From Candidatus Nanopelagicales bacterium (GTDB taxonomy: Bacteria; Actinomycetota; Actinomycetes; S36-B12; UBA5976), in NCBI GenBank assembly GCA_044239795.1, contig JBIIAS010000001.1:1-52203 (forward strand): a stretch of DNA of 52,203 nt, written 5' to 3'. Of the stretch, positions 35,659 to 44,553 are shown piece by piece. The position numbers were made by a program, and so were the translations under genes. The notes under the pieces were generated by a model. That model was not told the DNA's origin. It ran no database searches and was given only the letters and a program-made list of their open reading frames with translations. The stretch's first letter is position 1; the number at the start of each line of letters is the position of its first letter.

Positions 35659-36876
35659 ATGTCACGTCGCAGAGTTGATCCCCAGCCGCCTTCAGAAAAA
35701 GCAGTGAAATCCAGTAAGCGTGCTCGTCGTGCAGTTAACACCAGTGCCGTCGCAACTATCACAGTTGACCGACCACATGGATTAGCGGTTCTGAGTCATT
35801 CGGATCGCAGGCTTTTGGCAATTGTCGTTGGAGTATCGATTGCCGCTGGAATTCTGCATAACACAAGCGGCAATCCTGTTTTGTCATTCTTGGTTTCGGC
35901 CGTAGCTCTAGGCGCAATTGCACGCTTGGTGGTGCGAAGCGTTGAGGCAATTAGCGATCGAATTGGTCGCGGCTTAAATGGTCTACTCCAATCTTTACTG
36001 GGAAACTTGCCCGAAATCTTTGTAATTCTGTTTGCACTTAAAGCTGGACTTTATGAAATTGTTAAAGCCACAATCGTTGGATCGATCATCGCAAACATCT
36101 TGCTAGTGATGGGTCTTGCGTTTGTTGTAGGTGGCCGAAAGTATGGTCGACAAGCATTTAACGTTGTATCAGCACGACAGCTCAGCATGTTGCTAGCACT
36201 ATCAGTCTTTGCTCTCGCCATTCCATCACTTGCTGCCAGCTTCAATACGCCAGCCGTTGAATACGAACGCGAAATCACAGTGATAATTTCTCTGCTCTTG
36301 ATTGTTCTTTTCCTAGCTTCTATTCCAGACACGATTCGTCACGCCAACCATGAGTCGCCAGTTACCGGAACTAAAGAAGCATTGGTCGCAGCCAGTGAAG
36401 TTGATAACCATGGCCAATGGACACTAAATGTTGCCGGCTTCATGGTTTTAGTTGCAATCGCAGGTTCGGTCCTTGTTTCAAGTTGGTTTGTTGATGTACT
36501 GCCAACAGCTATGTCTACCTTGGGAATTTCAGAAGCTTTCGCCGGCTTAATCATCGTTGCTCTAGCTAGCAACGTTGTGGAGACTTTTTCCGGCATTCAA
36601 CTTGCTTATCGCGATCAGCAAAGCTACGCCTTGCAAATTATCTTGCAATCCCCTGTGCAAGTTGCCATGATCGTCGCTCCGCTAATTGCTCTCGCCGCTC
36701 CCCTTGTTGGTGCTGCCACGTTCACACTGGTTTTGTCACCACTTTTGCTCGCCGTTATGTTTATGGCTGTCTTTATTGCGATCGTCGTGGTTTCCGATGG
36801 TCAATCAACTTGGTTTGAAGGCGCTGCCTTAATCACTTTGTATTTGGGTATTGCAACTGCTTTCTGGTGGGGTTAG
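35659..36876 (+). CDS. Calcium/proton antiporter (CaCA/ChaA family)
   Basis: 405 aa polytopic protein. The two alpha-repeats are LLGNLPEIFV and ASNVVETFSG. The N-terminal extent is uncertain. Confidence 0.82.
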   Translation: MSRRRVDPQPPSEKAVKSSKRARRAVNTSAVATITVDRPHGLAVLSHSDRRLLAIVVGVSIAAGILHNTSGNPVLSFLVSAVALGAIARLVVRSVEAISDRIGRGLNGLLQSLLGNLPEIFVILFALKAGLYEIVKATIVGSIIANILLVMGLAFVVGGRKYGRQAFNVVSARQLSMLLALSVFALAIPSLAASFNTPAVEYEREITVIISLLLIVLFLASIPDTIRHANHESPVTGTKEALVAASEVDNHGQWTLNVAGFMVLVAIAGSVLVSSWFVDVLPTAMSTLGISEAFAGLIIVALASNVVETFSGIQLAYRDQQSYALQIILQSPVQVAMIVAPLIALAAPLVGAATFTLVLSPLLLAVMFMAVFIAIVVVSDGQSTWFEGAALITLYLGIATAFWWG

Positions 36877-36897
36877 CCCCATGGGGTCGACGCGGTC

Positions 36898-37854
36898 ATG
36901 ACTATTACTAATGACATCGCCCAAGCCACAACAGCTCTTGCGTCTGGAAAGTTATGTGCAATCCCAACCGAAACGGTTTATGGCTTAGCCGCAAATGCCT
37001 TGGATGAGTCTGCAGTCGCCCGAGTGTTTGAAGCAAAAGAACGTCCTGCTGATCATCCACTAATAGTTCACATTGCAGGTGCTGCGGATGTAACTGAGTG
37101 GATTACAGAATTGCCGAAGTGGGCATCAGACTTAACAACTGCGGTTTGGCCTGGACCATTGACAATTGTTGGCCCGAGAACTGCACTTGCTAGTAATGCT
37201 GTTACGGGCAATCAAGACACCGTTGCAGTGCGAGTACCGAGTCACCCGATCGCGCATGAATTGTTGATCCAGCTAAAGAGTCTTGGTATCAAAGGCGTTG
37301 TGGCTCCCAGTGCAAACAGGTTTGGACATGTTTCACCTACTAGCGCTGCGCATGTTTCAGCTGACTTAGGTGAATACCTAAATGCGCATGATGATTTGAT
37401 TTTGGATGGCGGCGATTGCCAGGTCGGAGTTGAATCCACCATCGTGTTGGCTACTGGACCCCAGCCTGTTATCTTGCGACCGGGTGCAATTACTGCCGCG
37501 GATATAAAACGAATCACGGGTGTTGATGTTTCTGACGAAACTGCAAATGCACCTCGAGTAAGTGGCGCCTTAGATTCGCACTACTCCCCAACTGCTCAAG
37601 TTGTTTTGATTAACAGTGTTTCCGAGACTGACCTTGAAAGCAATGCCGGATTCTTGGCTCTGGCCCAACTATCAACTCCTGCTGGATTAGTTCGACTAGC
37701 TTCACCAGAAACAATTGAAGACTTTGCTCATGAGCTCTACGGTTCATTGCGAGCTGGTGATGACCTGAAGTTAAAGACCATTTATGTGGTGCCACCGACT
37801 GGCGATGGTTTAGCACAGGCAATCAATGACCGATTAAATCGCGCTGCGTTCTAG
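36898..37854 (+). CDS. L-threonylcarbamoyladenylate synthase (Sua5/YwlC type)
   Basis: 318 aa. Motifs PTETVYGLAANA, KERPADHPLIVHI and APSANRFGHVSPT, plus a Sua5 C-terminal domain. Confidence 0.9.
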   Translation: MTITNDIAQATTALASGKLCAIPTETVYGLAANALDESAVARVFEAKERPADHPLIVHIAGAADVTEWITELPKWASDLTTAVWPGPLTIVGPRTALASNAVTGNQDTVAVRVPSHPIAHELLIQLKSLGIKGVVAPSANRFGHVSPTSAAHVSADLGEYLNAHDDLILDGGDCQVGVESTIVLATGPQPVILRPGAITAADIKRITGVDVSDETANAPRVSGALDSHYSPTAQVVLINSVSETDLESNAGFLALAQLSTPAGLVRLASPETIEDFAHELYGSLRAGDDLKLKTIYVVPPTGDGLAQAINDRLNRAAF

Positions 37855-39128
37855 CGAACTATAAGTTCTCCAATTGCATGAATCACAATTCCTGCCAATG
37901 CCCCAACAATTGTGCCGTTTACACGAATGAATTGCAGATCCCGACCAACCTGAAGTTCAATCTTCTTCGCCGTATCTCCAGCATCCCAACGGGCCACAGT
38001 GTCACTAATCACGGCAGCGATCTCATCACGGTACCTATCAACTAGATGAGTTGTTGCATTTTCAAGTGCAGTATCGATGGTCTCTTGCAATTCATGATCA
38101 ATTGAAACTTTAGTTCCAAAGTTTGCAATCAAGGTCGTAACCCGAGTTCGCAATTCGCTGTCTGGATTTGCCGCTTCTTGGCGCAAAGTCTTCTTGGTTG
38201 AAATCCAAATATCAGAAAATGTATGCCGTACTTCTGGGCGATCAACCAATCGCATCTTTGCTGCATTAACCCGCTCGATAATCACGGGATCAGATTGCAA
38301 CTGATCTGCGAATCGATTCAACAACCGTTCGATTGAATGACGGATTGGATGTTCGTAATCTTGCTGTACTTCTTTGCTCAACTCAATTAAGCGTTCGTAT
38401 AGCCATTCGCCAGCACGATCTTTGCCAAGGCCTGGCAACCATTTAGGTAATTGTTTATCGATCCAACCTTTAGCTCGAGCTGGATCATTCTCTAACCAGT
38501 CCTGAATTGCTTTTGCCAACATGTCCACGATCGGAGTGTGAGCATCATTTTCAACGGCTTTAATCAAAAAGATTCCAAGTGGCTTTGCAATGTCAAAGTT
38601 TTCGGCCGTGCGACGAAATGATTCTTCAATAACTTCGGCAATGTCTTCGTCGTCACCAAGGGACGTCGCCCAGGCAACGACGCCAGAAAGTTCATCGGTA
38701 ACTTGCTTGGCATTTTGCGGATTGCTTAGCCAGCCACCTAGGCGGTTTGCAATGTCTGCAGATTGCAGTTTGCTGCGGACTACTTCTTCGGACAAAAAGT
38801 TATCACCAACGAATTCGCCTAGGCTGGCACCGATTGCATCCTTGCGCGTTGGAATGATCGCTGTGTGTGGAATTGGTAGTCCAAGTGGTCTGCGAAAAAG
38901 TGCAGTAACTGCAAACCAGTCAGCTAAGCCACCAATCATTCCGGCTTCGGCGGCAGCCCGAACGTAGCTGACCCATTCGTCTGCGCCCGCAGCTTCGGCA
39001 CGTTTGGCAAAAATGTAAACAACTGCCGAGGCGAGTAAGAGTCCAGTGGCAAATGCCTTCATCCGGCGTAATTGCTTACGCTTTAACCGATCACTTGCCC
39101 GCGTTGTAATGCGAAGTGGCTGGCTCAT
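37851..39128 (-). CDS. DUF445 domain-containing membrane-associated protein
   Basis: 425 aa. Motifs GGLADWFAVTALFRRPLGLPIPHTAIIP and C-terminal FIRVNGTIVGALAG are typical of DUF445. Confidence 0.8.
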   Translation of the reverse strand: MSQPLRITTRASDRLKRKQLRRMKAFATGLLLASAVVYIFAKRAEAAGADEWVSYVRAAAEAGMIGGLADWFAVTALFRRPLGLPIPHTAIIPTRKDAIGASLGEFVGDNFLSEEVVRSKLQSADIANRLGGWLSNPQNAKQVTDELSGVVAWATSLGDDEDIAEVIEESFRRTAENFDIAKPLGIFLIKAVENDAHTPIVDMLAKAIQDWLENDPARAKGWIDKQLPKWLPGLGKDRAGEWLYERLIELSKEVQQDYEHPIRHSIERLLNRFADQLQSDPVIIERVNAAKMRLVDRPEVRHTFSDIWISTKKTLRQEAANPDSELRTRVTTLIANFGTKVSIDHELQETIDTALENATTHLVDRYRDEIAAVISDTVARWDAGDTAKKIELQVGRDLQFIRVNGTIVGALAGIVIHAIGELIVR

Positions 39129-39622
39129 GCCTTAATCGTAGGCGTGTGGTCTACGCCAGCAATCTGGTCATGGATATGTCCAGCCAGACGTTCAATGATC
39201 ACAAGACCATCTTTAACGCCGCCTGGCGAACCTGGCAGGTTAATGATCAATGACGAGCCAGTTACTCCAGCTAGGCCGCGAGATAGATCTGTGGTTGGAA
39301 CTCGATCTCGCGAGTAAGCGCGGAATGCTTCTGGGATTCCAGGAAGTAGTTTTTTGATTAGCGGAGCAGTTGCTTCTGGTGTCACATCATGTGGCGAAAC
39401 TCCAGTGCCACCGGTTGTGACGATTAGATCAACATTGCCAGCAAGTGAAAGTTCGATCGCAGCTTGAATCTGCGAAATGTTATCTGGAATCACAATTGGA
39501 TCTTTAAGTTCGTAACCAAGTTTCGTTAAACCGGCGGCCAGGATTTCACCGCTGGTATCGGCATACACGCCAGCACTTGCGCGATTGCTCGCTGTGATAA
39601 CTACTGCAGTACGAACAGCCAT
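39125..39622 (-). CDS. mog: MogA/MoaB-type molybdopterin adenylyltransferase domain protein
   Basis: 165 aa. Motifs DLIVTTGGTGVSPHDVTPEA and INLPGSPGG. Confidence 0.85.
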   Translation of the reverse strand: MAVRTAVVITASNRASAGVYADTSGEILAAGLTKLGYELKDPIVIPDNISQIQAAIELSLAGNVDLIVTTGGTGVSPHDVTPEATAPLIKKLLPGIPEAFRAYSRDRVPTTDLSRGLAGVTGSSLIINLPGSPGGVKDGLVIIERLAGHIHDQIAGVDHTPTIKA

Positions 39623-40099
39623 TTAGCTTCGGTTCCATTCCCCATTACGCCCACCGTCTTTATGGGTCATCTTCACATCAGTAATAGTGGCACCTGGATC
39701 AATTGCCTTAACCATGTCAATAACTGTAAGACCGGCTACCGCAACAGCAGTTAAAGCTTCCATCTCAACACCAGTGCGATCAGCAGTCTTAACAGTTGCC
39801 GTGATGTCGACACCTTCATCAACCACAACTAGTTCGACTGAAACTCCATGAACTGCAATTGGGTGACAAAGTGGGATCAAATCTGGCGTGCGCTTAGTTG
39901 CCATGATGCCGGCAATTCGAGCGGTAGACAAGACATCACCTTTTGGCACTGCGCCATCACGTAGAAGTGTGACGACCTGCTTGGAAAGCAGAACCCGGCC
40001 AACTGTTGTTGCAGTGCGAGTAGTGACTTCGCGATCGGCAACATCAACCATGTGGGCATTGCCAGATGCATCAATGTGAGTTAAATCAGAGTTGCTCAT
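39623..40099 (-). CDS. moaC: Cyclic pyranopterin monophosphate synthase
   Basis: Motifs LTHIDASGNAHMVDV, TKRTPDLIPLCHP and EMEALTAV. ATG 40099 aligns with the E. coli MoaC N-terminus; GTG 40135 is the alternative. Confidence 0.9.
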   Translation of the reverse strand: MSNSDLTHIDASGNAHMVDVADREVTTRTATTVGRVLLSKQVVTLLRDGAVPKGDVLSTARIAGIMATKRTPDLIPLCHPIAVHGVSVELVVVDEGVDITATVKTADRTGVEMEALTAVAVAGLTVIDMVKAIDPGATITDVKMTHKDGGRNGEWNRS

Positions 40100-40140
40100 A
40101 ACTGGTAATCGTACGCGCAGTGTGGCCTGGGTCACGATTT

Positions 40141-40156
40141 AGTTGATTATTCAACG
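40141..40156. promoter_or_regulatory. Palindromic site AGTTGATTATTCAACG in the moaC / 64-aa-gene divergent region
   Basis: GTTGA-N4-TCAAC inverted repeat. It has the same half-site as the yceI-upstream palindrome. Confidence 0.45.
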
Positions 40157-40238
40157 AAATGTGGCAAGGTTCACACGGGATTTAAGGCTTTATACACCTT
40201 TTCGTTAAGAGGCATTCATAAACGTCTGGGACAATTGA

Positions 40239-40259
40239 GGTGTGGGAGACCCCCACACC
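40239..40259 (+). promoter_or_regulatory. GC-rich 8-bp hairpin (GGTGTGGG-AGACC-CCCACACC) immediately 5' of the RBS of the 64-aa gene
   Basis: Read directly from the sequence. It is followed by AAAAGGAG and then ATG 40277. Confidence 0.5.
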
Positions 40260-40276
40260 AAAAGGAGAAAAACACC

Positions 40277-40471
40277 ATGAGTGTTCAAATGACAGAAACC
40301 GAATCCGTTGTTGGATTCCCTGCATTGGAATCAAACTATGCAGTCCTAATCAATAACGCTATTGGCGAGCACCGCAATGCCGATGTTAATTTCATCGTGC
40401 GCTCGTACAACATGGAAAAGAACAACATCACTCGCAAGAGTGTTATCGAGCGCTTGCGCGACGCGTTCTAA
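40277..40471 (+). CDS. Hypothetical small protein (64 aa)
   Basis: ATG preceded by AAAGGAG at about 9 nt. Followed by a strong intrinsic terminator. I recognise no family. Confidence 0.6.
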   Translation: MSVQMTETESVVGFPALESNYAVLINNAIGEHRNADVNFIVRSYNMEKNNITRKSVIERLRDAF

Positions 40472-40487
40472 TTCATCTAGCAAACCA

Positions 40488-40529
40488 AAAGAGGACCGAT
40501 GCCCAGGCATCGATCCTCTTTAGTTTTTT
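40488..40529. terminator. Bidirectional intrinsic terminator between the 64-aa gene and yceI
   Basis: AAAGAGGACCGATGC/GCATCGATCCTCTTT stem (one mismatch, 4-nt loop). Followed by AGTTTTTT on the plus strand and TTTTGGTTT on the minus strand. Confidence 0.75.
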
Positions 40530-40547
40530 CTGGGAAAGCTTTGTTAA

Positions 40548-41087
40548 TTACTGTTTGATTGCAGAGATGTCTAGCTGCAACTTGATGTTGTCGCTGACTA
40601 GGAAGCCGCCAGTTTCTAGGGCTACGTTCCAAACCAGACCGTAATCTTTACGACTTAGTTCACTGGTGCCTTCAAATCCGGCGCGCGCGTTACCAAATGG
40701 ATCTGTTGCAGTTCCGGTTGGTTCAACAGCTATGTCGATGCTGTTTGTTACACCCTTGATTGTTAGGTTTCCGGTGACTACGAATGTGTCGCCAGTTGCC
40801 TTGATCGCGGTTGATTCAAAAACAAGTTCGTTTGTGTTTTCAGTGTCGAAGAAGTCAGCACTCTTTAGGTGACCATCACGATCGGCTGAGCCGGTGTCGA
40901 TTGAGTCAAGCTTTGCCGTGACCTTTGCTGAAGATGATGCAGCATCAGCGCCAACAACGATGGTGCCTTCGAAATCTGCGAAGTGTCCACGCACCTTGGT
41001 GATTACTGCGTGACGGGTTTCAAAACCCAAGCGTGAATGTGATGGGTCAATAACCCAGGTTCCCGCGATTGAAGAAAGATCAGTCAT
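40548..41087 (-). CDS. YceI family polyisoprenoid-binding protein
   Basis: 179 aa. Motifs WVIDPSHSRLGFETRH, VRGHF, SIDTGSADRDGHLKSADFFD and LTIKGVT. Confidence 0.9.
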   Translation of the reverse strand: MTDLSSIAGTWVIDPSHSRLGFETRHAVITKVRGHFADFEGTIVVGADAASSSAKVTAKLDSIDTGSADRDGHLKSADFFDTENTNELVFESTAIKATGDTFVVTGNLTIKGVTNSIDIAVEPTGTATDPFGNARAGFEGTSELSRKDYGLVWNVALETGGFLVSDNIKLQLDISAIKQ

Positions 41088-41101
41088 TGCGACTCCTTAA
41101 T

Positions 41102-41138
41102 AGTTGAAAATTGAACTAATTTAGTTTAACTTTCAACT
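41102..41138. promoter_or_regulatory. 37-nt AT-rich near-perfect palindrome upstream of yceI
   Basis: AGTTGAAAATTGAACTAA-T-TTAGTTTAACTTTCAACT. 16 of 18 arm positions are complementary and one further position is G-U compatible. Lies about 10 nt 5' of the yceI AAGGAG RBS. Confidence 0.6.
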
Positions 41139-41153
41139 ATGGCAAAAGTCAAG

Positions 41154-42539
41154 TTACGCCCGTCGAGCCACGTCTTCCACAGCTTTAGCCACTGACTTAG
41201 CAACGTTTGGATCAAACACACTAGGCACGATATAGCTGGCATTTAGTTGGGCTGGTGAAACACAACTTGCAATCGCATTTGCGGCGGCTAGCAAGGTGTC
41301 GGTTGTGATCTTTGAAGACGCTGCATCCAACAATCCGCGGAATATTCCCGGGAATGCCAAAACATTGTTGATCTGATTTGGGTAATCACTTCGTCCAGTT
41401 GCCACAATCTTTGCGTGCTTGGCAGCAATCACTGGATCAATTTCTGGATCTGGATTGGCCATGGCAAACACAATTGAGTCTTTAGCCATCGAAGCCACAT
41501 CAGCCTCAGTCAAAATGTTTGGTGCACTTACGCCAATGAACACATCGGCTCCGGCTAGACCTTCACCAAGTTTTCCAGTTACACCAGCAGCATTGGTATT
41601 GGCCATCATCCAAGGGCTGGTTGCTTCGCTATTCGGACGACCCATATAGATCGCACCATCAGTGTCATATGCCGTGATGTTTTTCATGCCGGCTTCGTAA
41701 AGCAGCTGGGCAACTGCGGTTCCAGCAGCGCCAGCACCACTCATCACAATCTTTAGATCTTCTGGTTTCTTCTTAACAATCTTCAATGCGTTAGTTAGCG
41801 CTGCCAAAACGACAATGGCCGTGCCATGTTGATCGTCATGGAACACCGGGATATCAAGAAGTTCACGCAGGCGAGCTTCGATTTCGAAACAACGTGGAGC
41901 CGAGATATCTTCTAGGTTGATGCCACCGTAAACCGGGGCCAAAATCTGGACGGTACGGACAATCTCATCAACATCTTGGGTATCAAGACAAACTGGCCAA
42001 GCATCAACATCTGCGAACTGCTTGAACAATGCAGCTTTGCCCTCCATCACCGGAAGAGCGGCAGCGGGTCCGATGTTGCCAAGACCAAGAACTGCAGATC
42101 CATCAGTCACAACAGCGACCGTATTGCGCTTAATAGTTAGTCGGCGCGCATCGCTTGGCTCGTCATGAATTGCCATACAGATTCTTGCGACACCAGGTGT
42201 GTAAGCGCGAGAAAGATCATCGCGAGTTCGAAGTGGAACCTTTGGTTTAACTTCCAACTTGCCACCAAGGTGAAGTAAGAATGTGCGATCACTAACTTTG
42301 CGAACCTGAGCCCCTTGGATGCCAGCGATTGCAGCAGTAACACGTTCGGCGTGATCTGGATCAGAAGTATCGCAAGTTACGTCAACAACCATGCGTTCGT
42401 GACTGGATTCAACAACGTCTAATGCGGTAAGAGCGGCACCAGTATCAATAACTGCTTGCGCCAGGCTTGCGGTGGACGATGATTCGGGTGATAACTCAAC
42501 GCGCAATGTAATCGCATAACCCGGACTGTTGTTAGCCAT
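41154..42539 (-). CDS. NAD(P)-dependent malic enzyme with N-terminal ACT-like domain
   Basis: 461 aa. Motifs YTPGVARIC, VVTDGSAVLGLGNIGP, NLEDISAPRCFE and GAGAAG. Confidence 0.9.
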   Translation of the reverse strand: MANNSPGYAITLRVELSPESSSTASLAQAVIDTGAALTALDVVESSHERMVVDVTCDTSDPDHAERVTAAIAGIQGAQVRKVSDRTFLLHLGGKLEVKPKVPLRTRDDLSRAYTPGVARICMAIHDEPSDARRLTIKRNTVAVVTDGSAVLGLGNIGPAAALPVMEGKAALFKQFADVDAWPVCLDTQDVDEIVRTVQILAPVYGGINLEDISAPRCFEIEARLRELLDIPVFHDDQHGTAIVVLAALTNALKIVKKKPEDLKIVMSGAGAAGTAVAQLLYEAGMKNITAYDTDGAIYMGRPNSEATSPWMMANTNAAGVTGKLGEGLAGADVFIGVSAPNILTEADVASMAKDSIVFAMANPDPEIDPVIAAKHAKIVATGRSDYPNQINNVLAFPGIFRGLLDAASSKITTDTLLAAANAIASCVSPAQLNASYIVPSVFDPNVAKSVAKAVEDVARRA

Positions 42540-42682
42540 GAAACGTTTCTCCTTGGTAAGCCTCTATTGTCCCATTTCCCGCTAACGACAAACACCAGGT
42601 GCCTGGGTGCTTGATCACATTTACAACCAAAAGGGATCAGATTCCCCACTCGTGGGATTCAATTCACTGGCACGATGGTGCC

Positions 42683-43480
42683 ATGACACCTCCATTTAAT
42701 CTCTCCGGATCAAAAGCACTAATCACTGGCGCTGGTTCGCCAACTGGCATCGGTTTTGCTAGCGCAAGATTGCTTTGCCAGATGGGTGCCAGCGTTTACA
42801 TAACTGGCGCAAGTGAGCGCCTGAACGAACGTGTATCAGAACTACAGGCGGAAGGTTTCACTGCTGCAGGCTGCGTGGCCGACTTAACAGAATTTTCTGC
42901 AGCTGAAACTGTTGTTTCAAATGCTTTGGCATTCCTTGGTGGCTTAGACATCGTCGTAAACAATGCTGGTATGACCAGCATTAACGCGCCAATGCAAGAA
43001 GTTGGTGAAGCGGGCGACGCAGCTTCGATGAGCGTTGAGGGTTGGAGTAATTCAATTGCGCGCAACCTTAACTCTGCGTTCTACATAACAAAACTTGCAC
43101 TGCCACACTTACGTACATCTTCTGCAGGTCGAGTCATCATGATGTCCAGCATTACCGGACCAGTTATGGCGATTCGAAATGACGTTGCTTACGGCGCAAC
43201 TAAAGCCGGCATGGTTGGTTTAACCAAGTCACTCGCAGTAGATGAAGCAAAACACGGAGTTACTTCAAATGCAGTTGCACCAGGGTGGATAAAAACTGCA
43301 TCGCAAAGTATTAGTGAAGGAAGCGAAGGAGGCAGCACTCCGATTGGACGCTCAGCAACACCCGAAGAAGTTGCAGCAATCGTTGGCTTCTTGGCTAGCC
43401 GGGAAGCGAGCTACATCACAGGGCAAGTAATCGTGGTTGATGGCGGAAATTCAATCAGCGAGCAGCGCACAATTCGTTAA
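42683..43480 (+). CDS. SDR family oxidoreductase (FabG-like)
   Basis: Start at ATG 42683, giving 265 aa. Motifs TGAGSPTGIG, NNAG and YGATKAG. Confidence 0.88.
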   Translation: MTPPFNLSGSKALITGAGSPTGIGFASARLLCQMGASVYITGASERLNERVSELQAEGFTAAGCVADLTEFSAAETVVSNALAFLGGLDIVVNNAGMTSINAPMQEVGEAGDAASMSVEGWSNSIARNLNSAFYITKLALPHLRTSSAGRVIMMSSITGPVMAIRNDVAYGATKAGMVGLTKSLAVDEAKHGVTSNAVAPGWIKTASQSISEGSEGGSTPIGRSATPEEVAAIVGFLASREASYITGQVIVVDGGNSISEQRTIR

Positions 43481-43496
43481 ATCCAATCAAACTAAA

Positions 43497-43535
43497 AACA
43501 ACCCCTGGCGAAATCGCCAGGGGTTGTTTTCTTTG
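43497..43535. terminator. Bidirectional intrinsic terminator (SDR / SHOCT genes)
   Basis: AACAACCCCTGGCG-AAAT-CGCCAGGGGTTGTT is a 14-bp perfect stem. Flanked by A-run and T-run (TTTCTTT). Confidence 0.8.
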
Positions 43536-43540
43536 ACTAA

Positions 43541-43774
43541 TTAGATGCCAAGTGCCTTGGCTTTTGCAGCAGCGAATTCTTCGTCTGAAAGAACTCCCTG
43601 TGCGTGAAGCGCAGCAAGTTCCTGCACCTTTGCAATTGATGCGTCACCGGCAGGTGCTGCTGCTGGAGCGGATGCTTGTGCAGCTGCCATCTGGCGCTGC
43701 GCTACCCGACCTGAAACCGCTGTTGCTGTTCCGGAAATAACTGCGGTACGAGCCGCAACTCTCATAAGTCCCAT
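43541..43774 (-). CDS. SHOCT domain-containing protein
   Basis: 77 aa. C-terminal LAALHAQGVLSDEEFAAAKAKALGI is the SHOCT signature. The N-terminus is Gly/Thr/Ala-rich. Confidence 0.75.
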   Translation of the reverse strand: MGLMRVAARTAVISGTATAVSGRVAQRQMAAAQASAPAAAPAGDASIAKVQELAALHAQGVLSDEEFAAAKAKALGI

Positions 43775-43800
43775 TTTGATTTTCCTTTTCTAGTAATTCT

Positions 43801-44217
43801 CTAGCGAGCTTCTAAGAAGTTGGTAACAACTTCTGCCGGAATACGAATCTGATCAAGCACACGTGCATTTGATGCTGAAATTGCATCAGTGAACTTAGCT
43901 GCCCAAGTGTTTTCAAAGGCAACCATTAGTGCTGAGCTATTTGGTGCTAGATCATCTGAAAGTTCGTCAGCATCTTCGCTATCGAGTGTGCCGGGGAAGG
44001 CAACACCAAGAGCCATAAATGCTGGACCTTCATTTGGATCTAGATCTTCGATTGCAAGAACGGAAACTACGCCGTCTGCATCCTTGCTGATGAATAGTAA
44101 ATCGATAAGGCGGATAGTTCCGCTTTCAACGAGCTCAAGGATTGCAGGTGCAACCTTGCCGTTGAACTTGTTTCCTGGAAAGTCAATAATGACAATGTCC
44201 ACTGGTCCGAATCCCAT
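43801..44217 (-). CDS. DUF6325-like conserved actinobacterial protein
   Basis: Start at ATG 44217, preceded by GGAGGA; 138 aa. The N-terminus GPVDIVIIDFPGNKFNGKVAPAILELVESGTIRLIDLLFISKD matches my recollection of the family. Confidence 0.65.
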   Translation of the reverse strand: MGFGPVDIVIIDFPGNKFNGKVAPAILELVESGTIRLIDLLFISKDADGVVSVLAIEDLDPNEGPAFMALGVAFPGTLDSEDADELSDDLAPNSSALMVAFENTWAAKFTDAISASNARVLDQIRIPAEVVTNFLEAR

Positions 44218-44302
44218 AAATCCTCCGTTGATAGGGCCGAACCGAAAGCCTAACAAGGCATTACAGAGGTGGGAAACACGAGGAAAGATTCAGATATAAA
44301 AG

Positions 44303-44375
<73 letters not shown>

Positions 44376-44553
44376 TACCTTGCCTTTCGGCAATTCCCCG
44401 ATCTTAGCGGATTTTGGGACCTTTCTAGAATTCGAGGTTCCTTATCAAGCATTACGCCCGTAGTGATCTATAGCTGAACCGTGTGATCTTGGAATGAAAT
44501 AGTCCCTCATATGAGCGACAATAGAAATAGTAAGAACCCATTAGGAGAACACA

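Noticed and set aside
40136-40276. Moco riboswitch upstream of moaC
   Set aside because: The moaC leader is at most a few dozen nt if the promoter lies in this 141-nt divergent region. I could not recognise the conserved Moco-motif junction sequences by eye.
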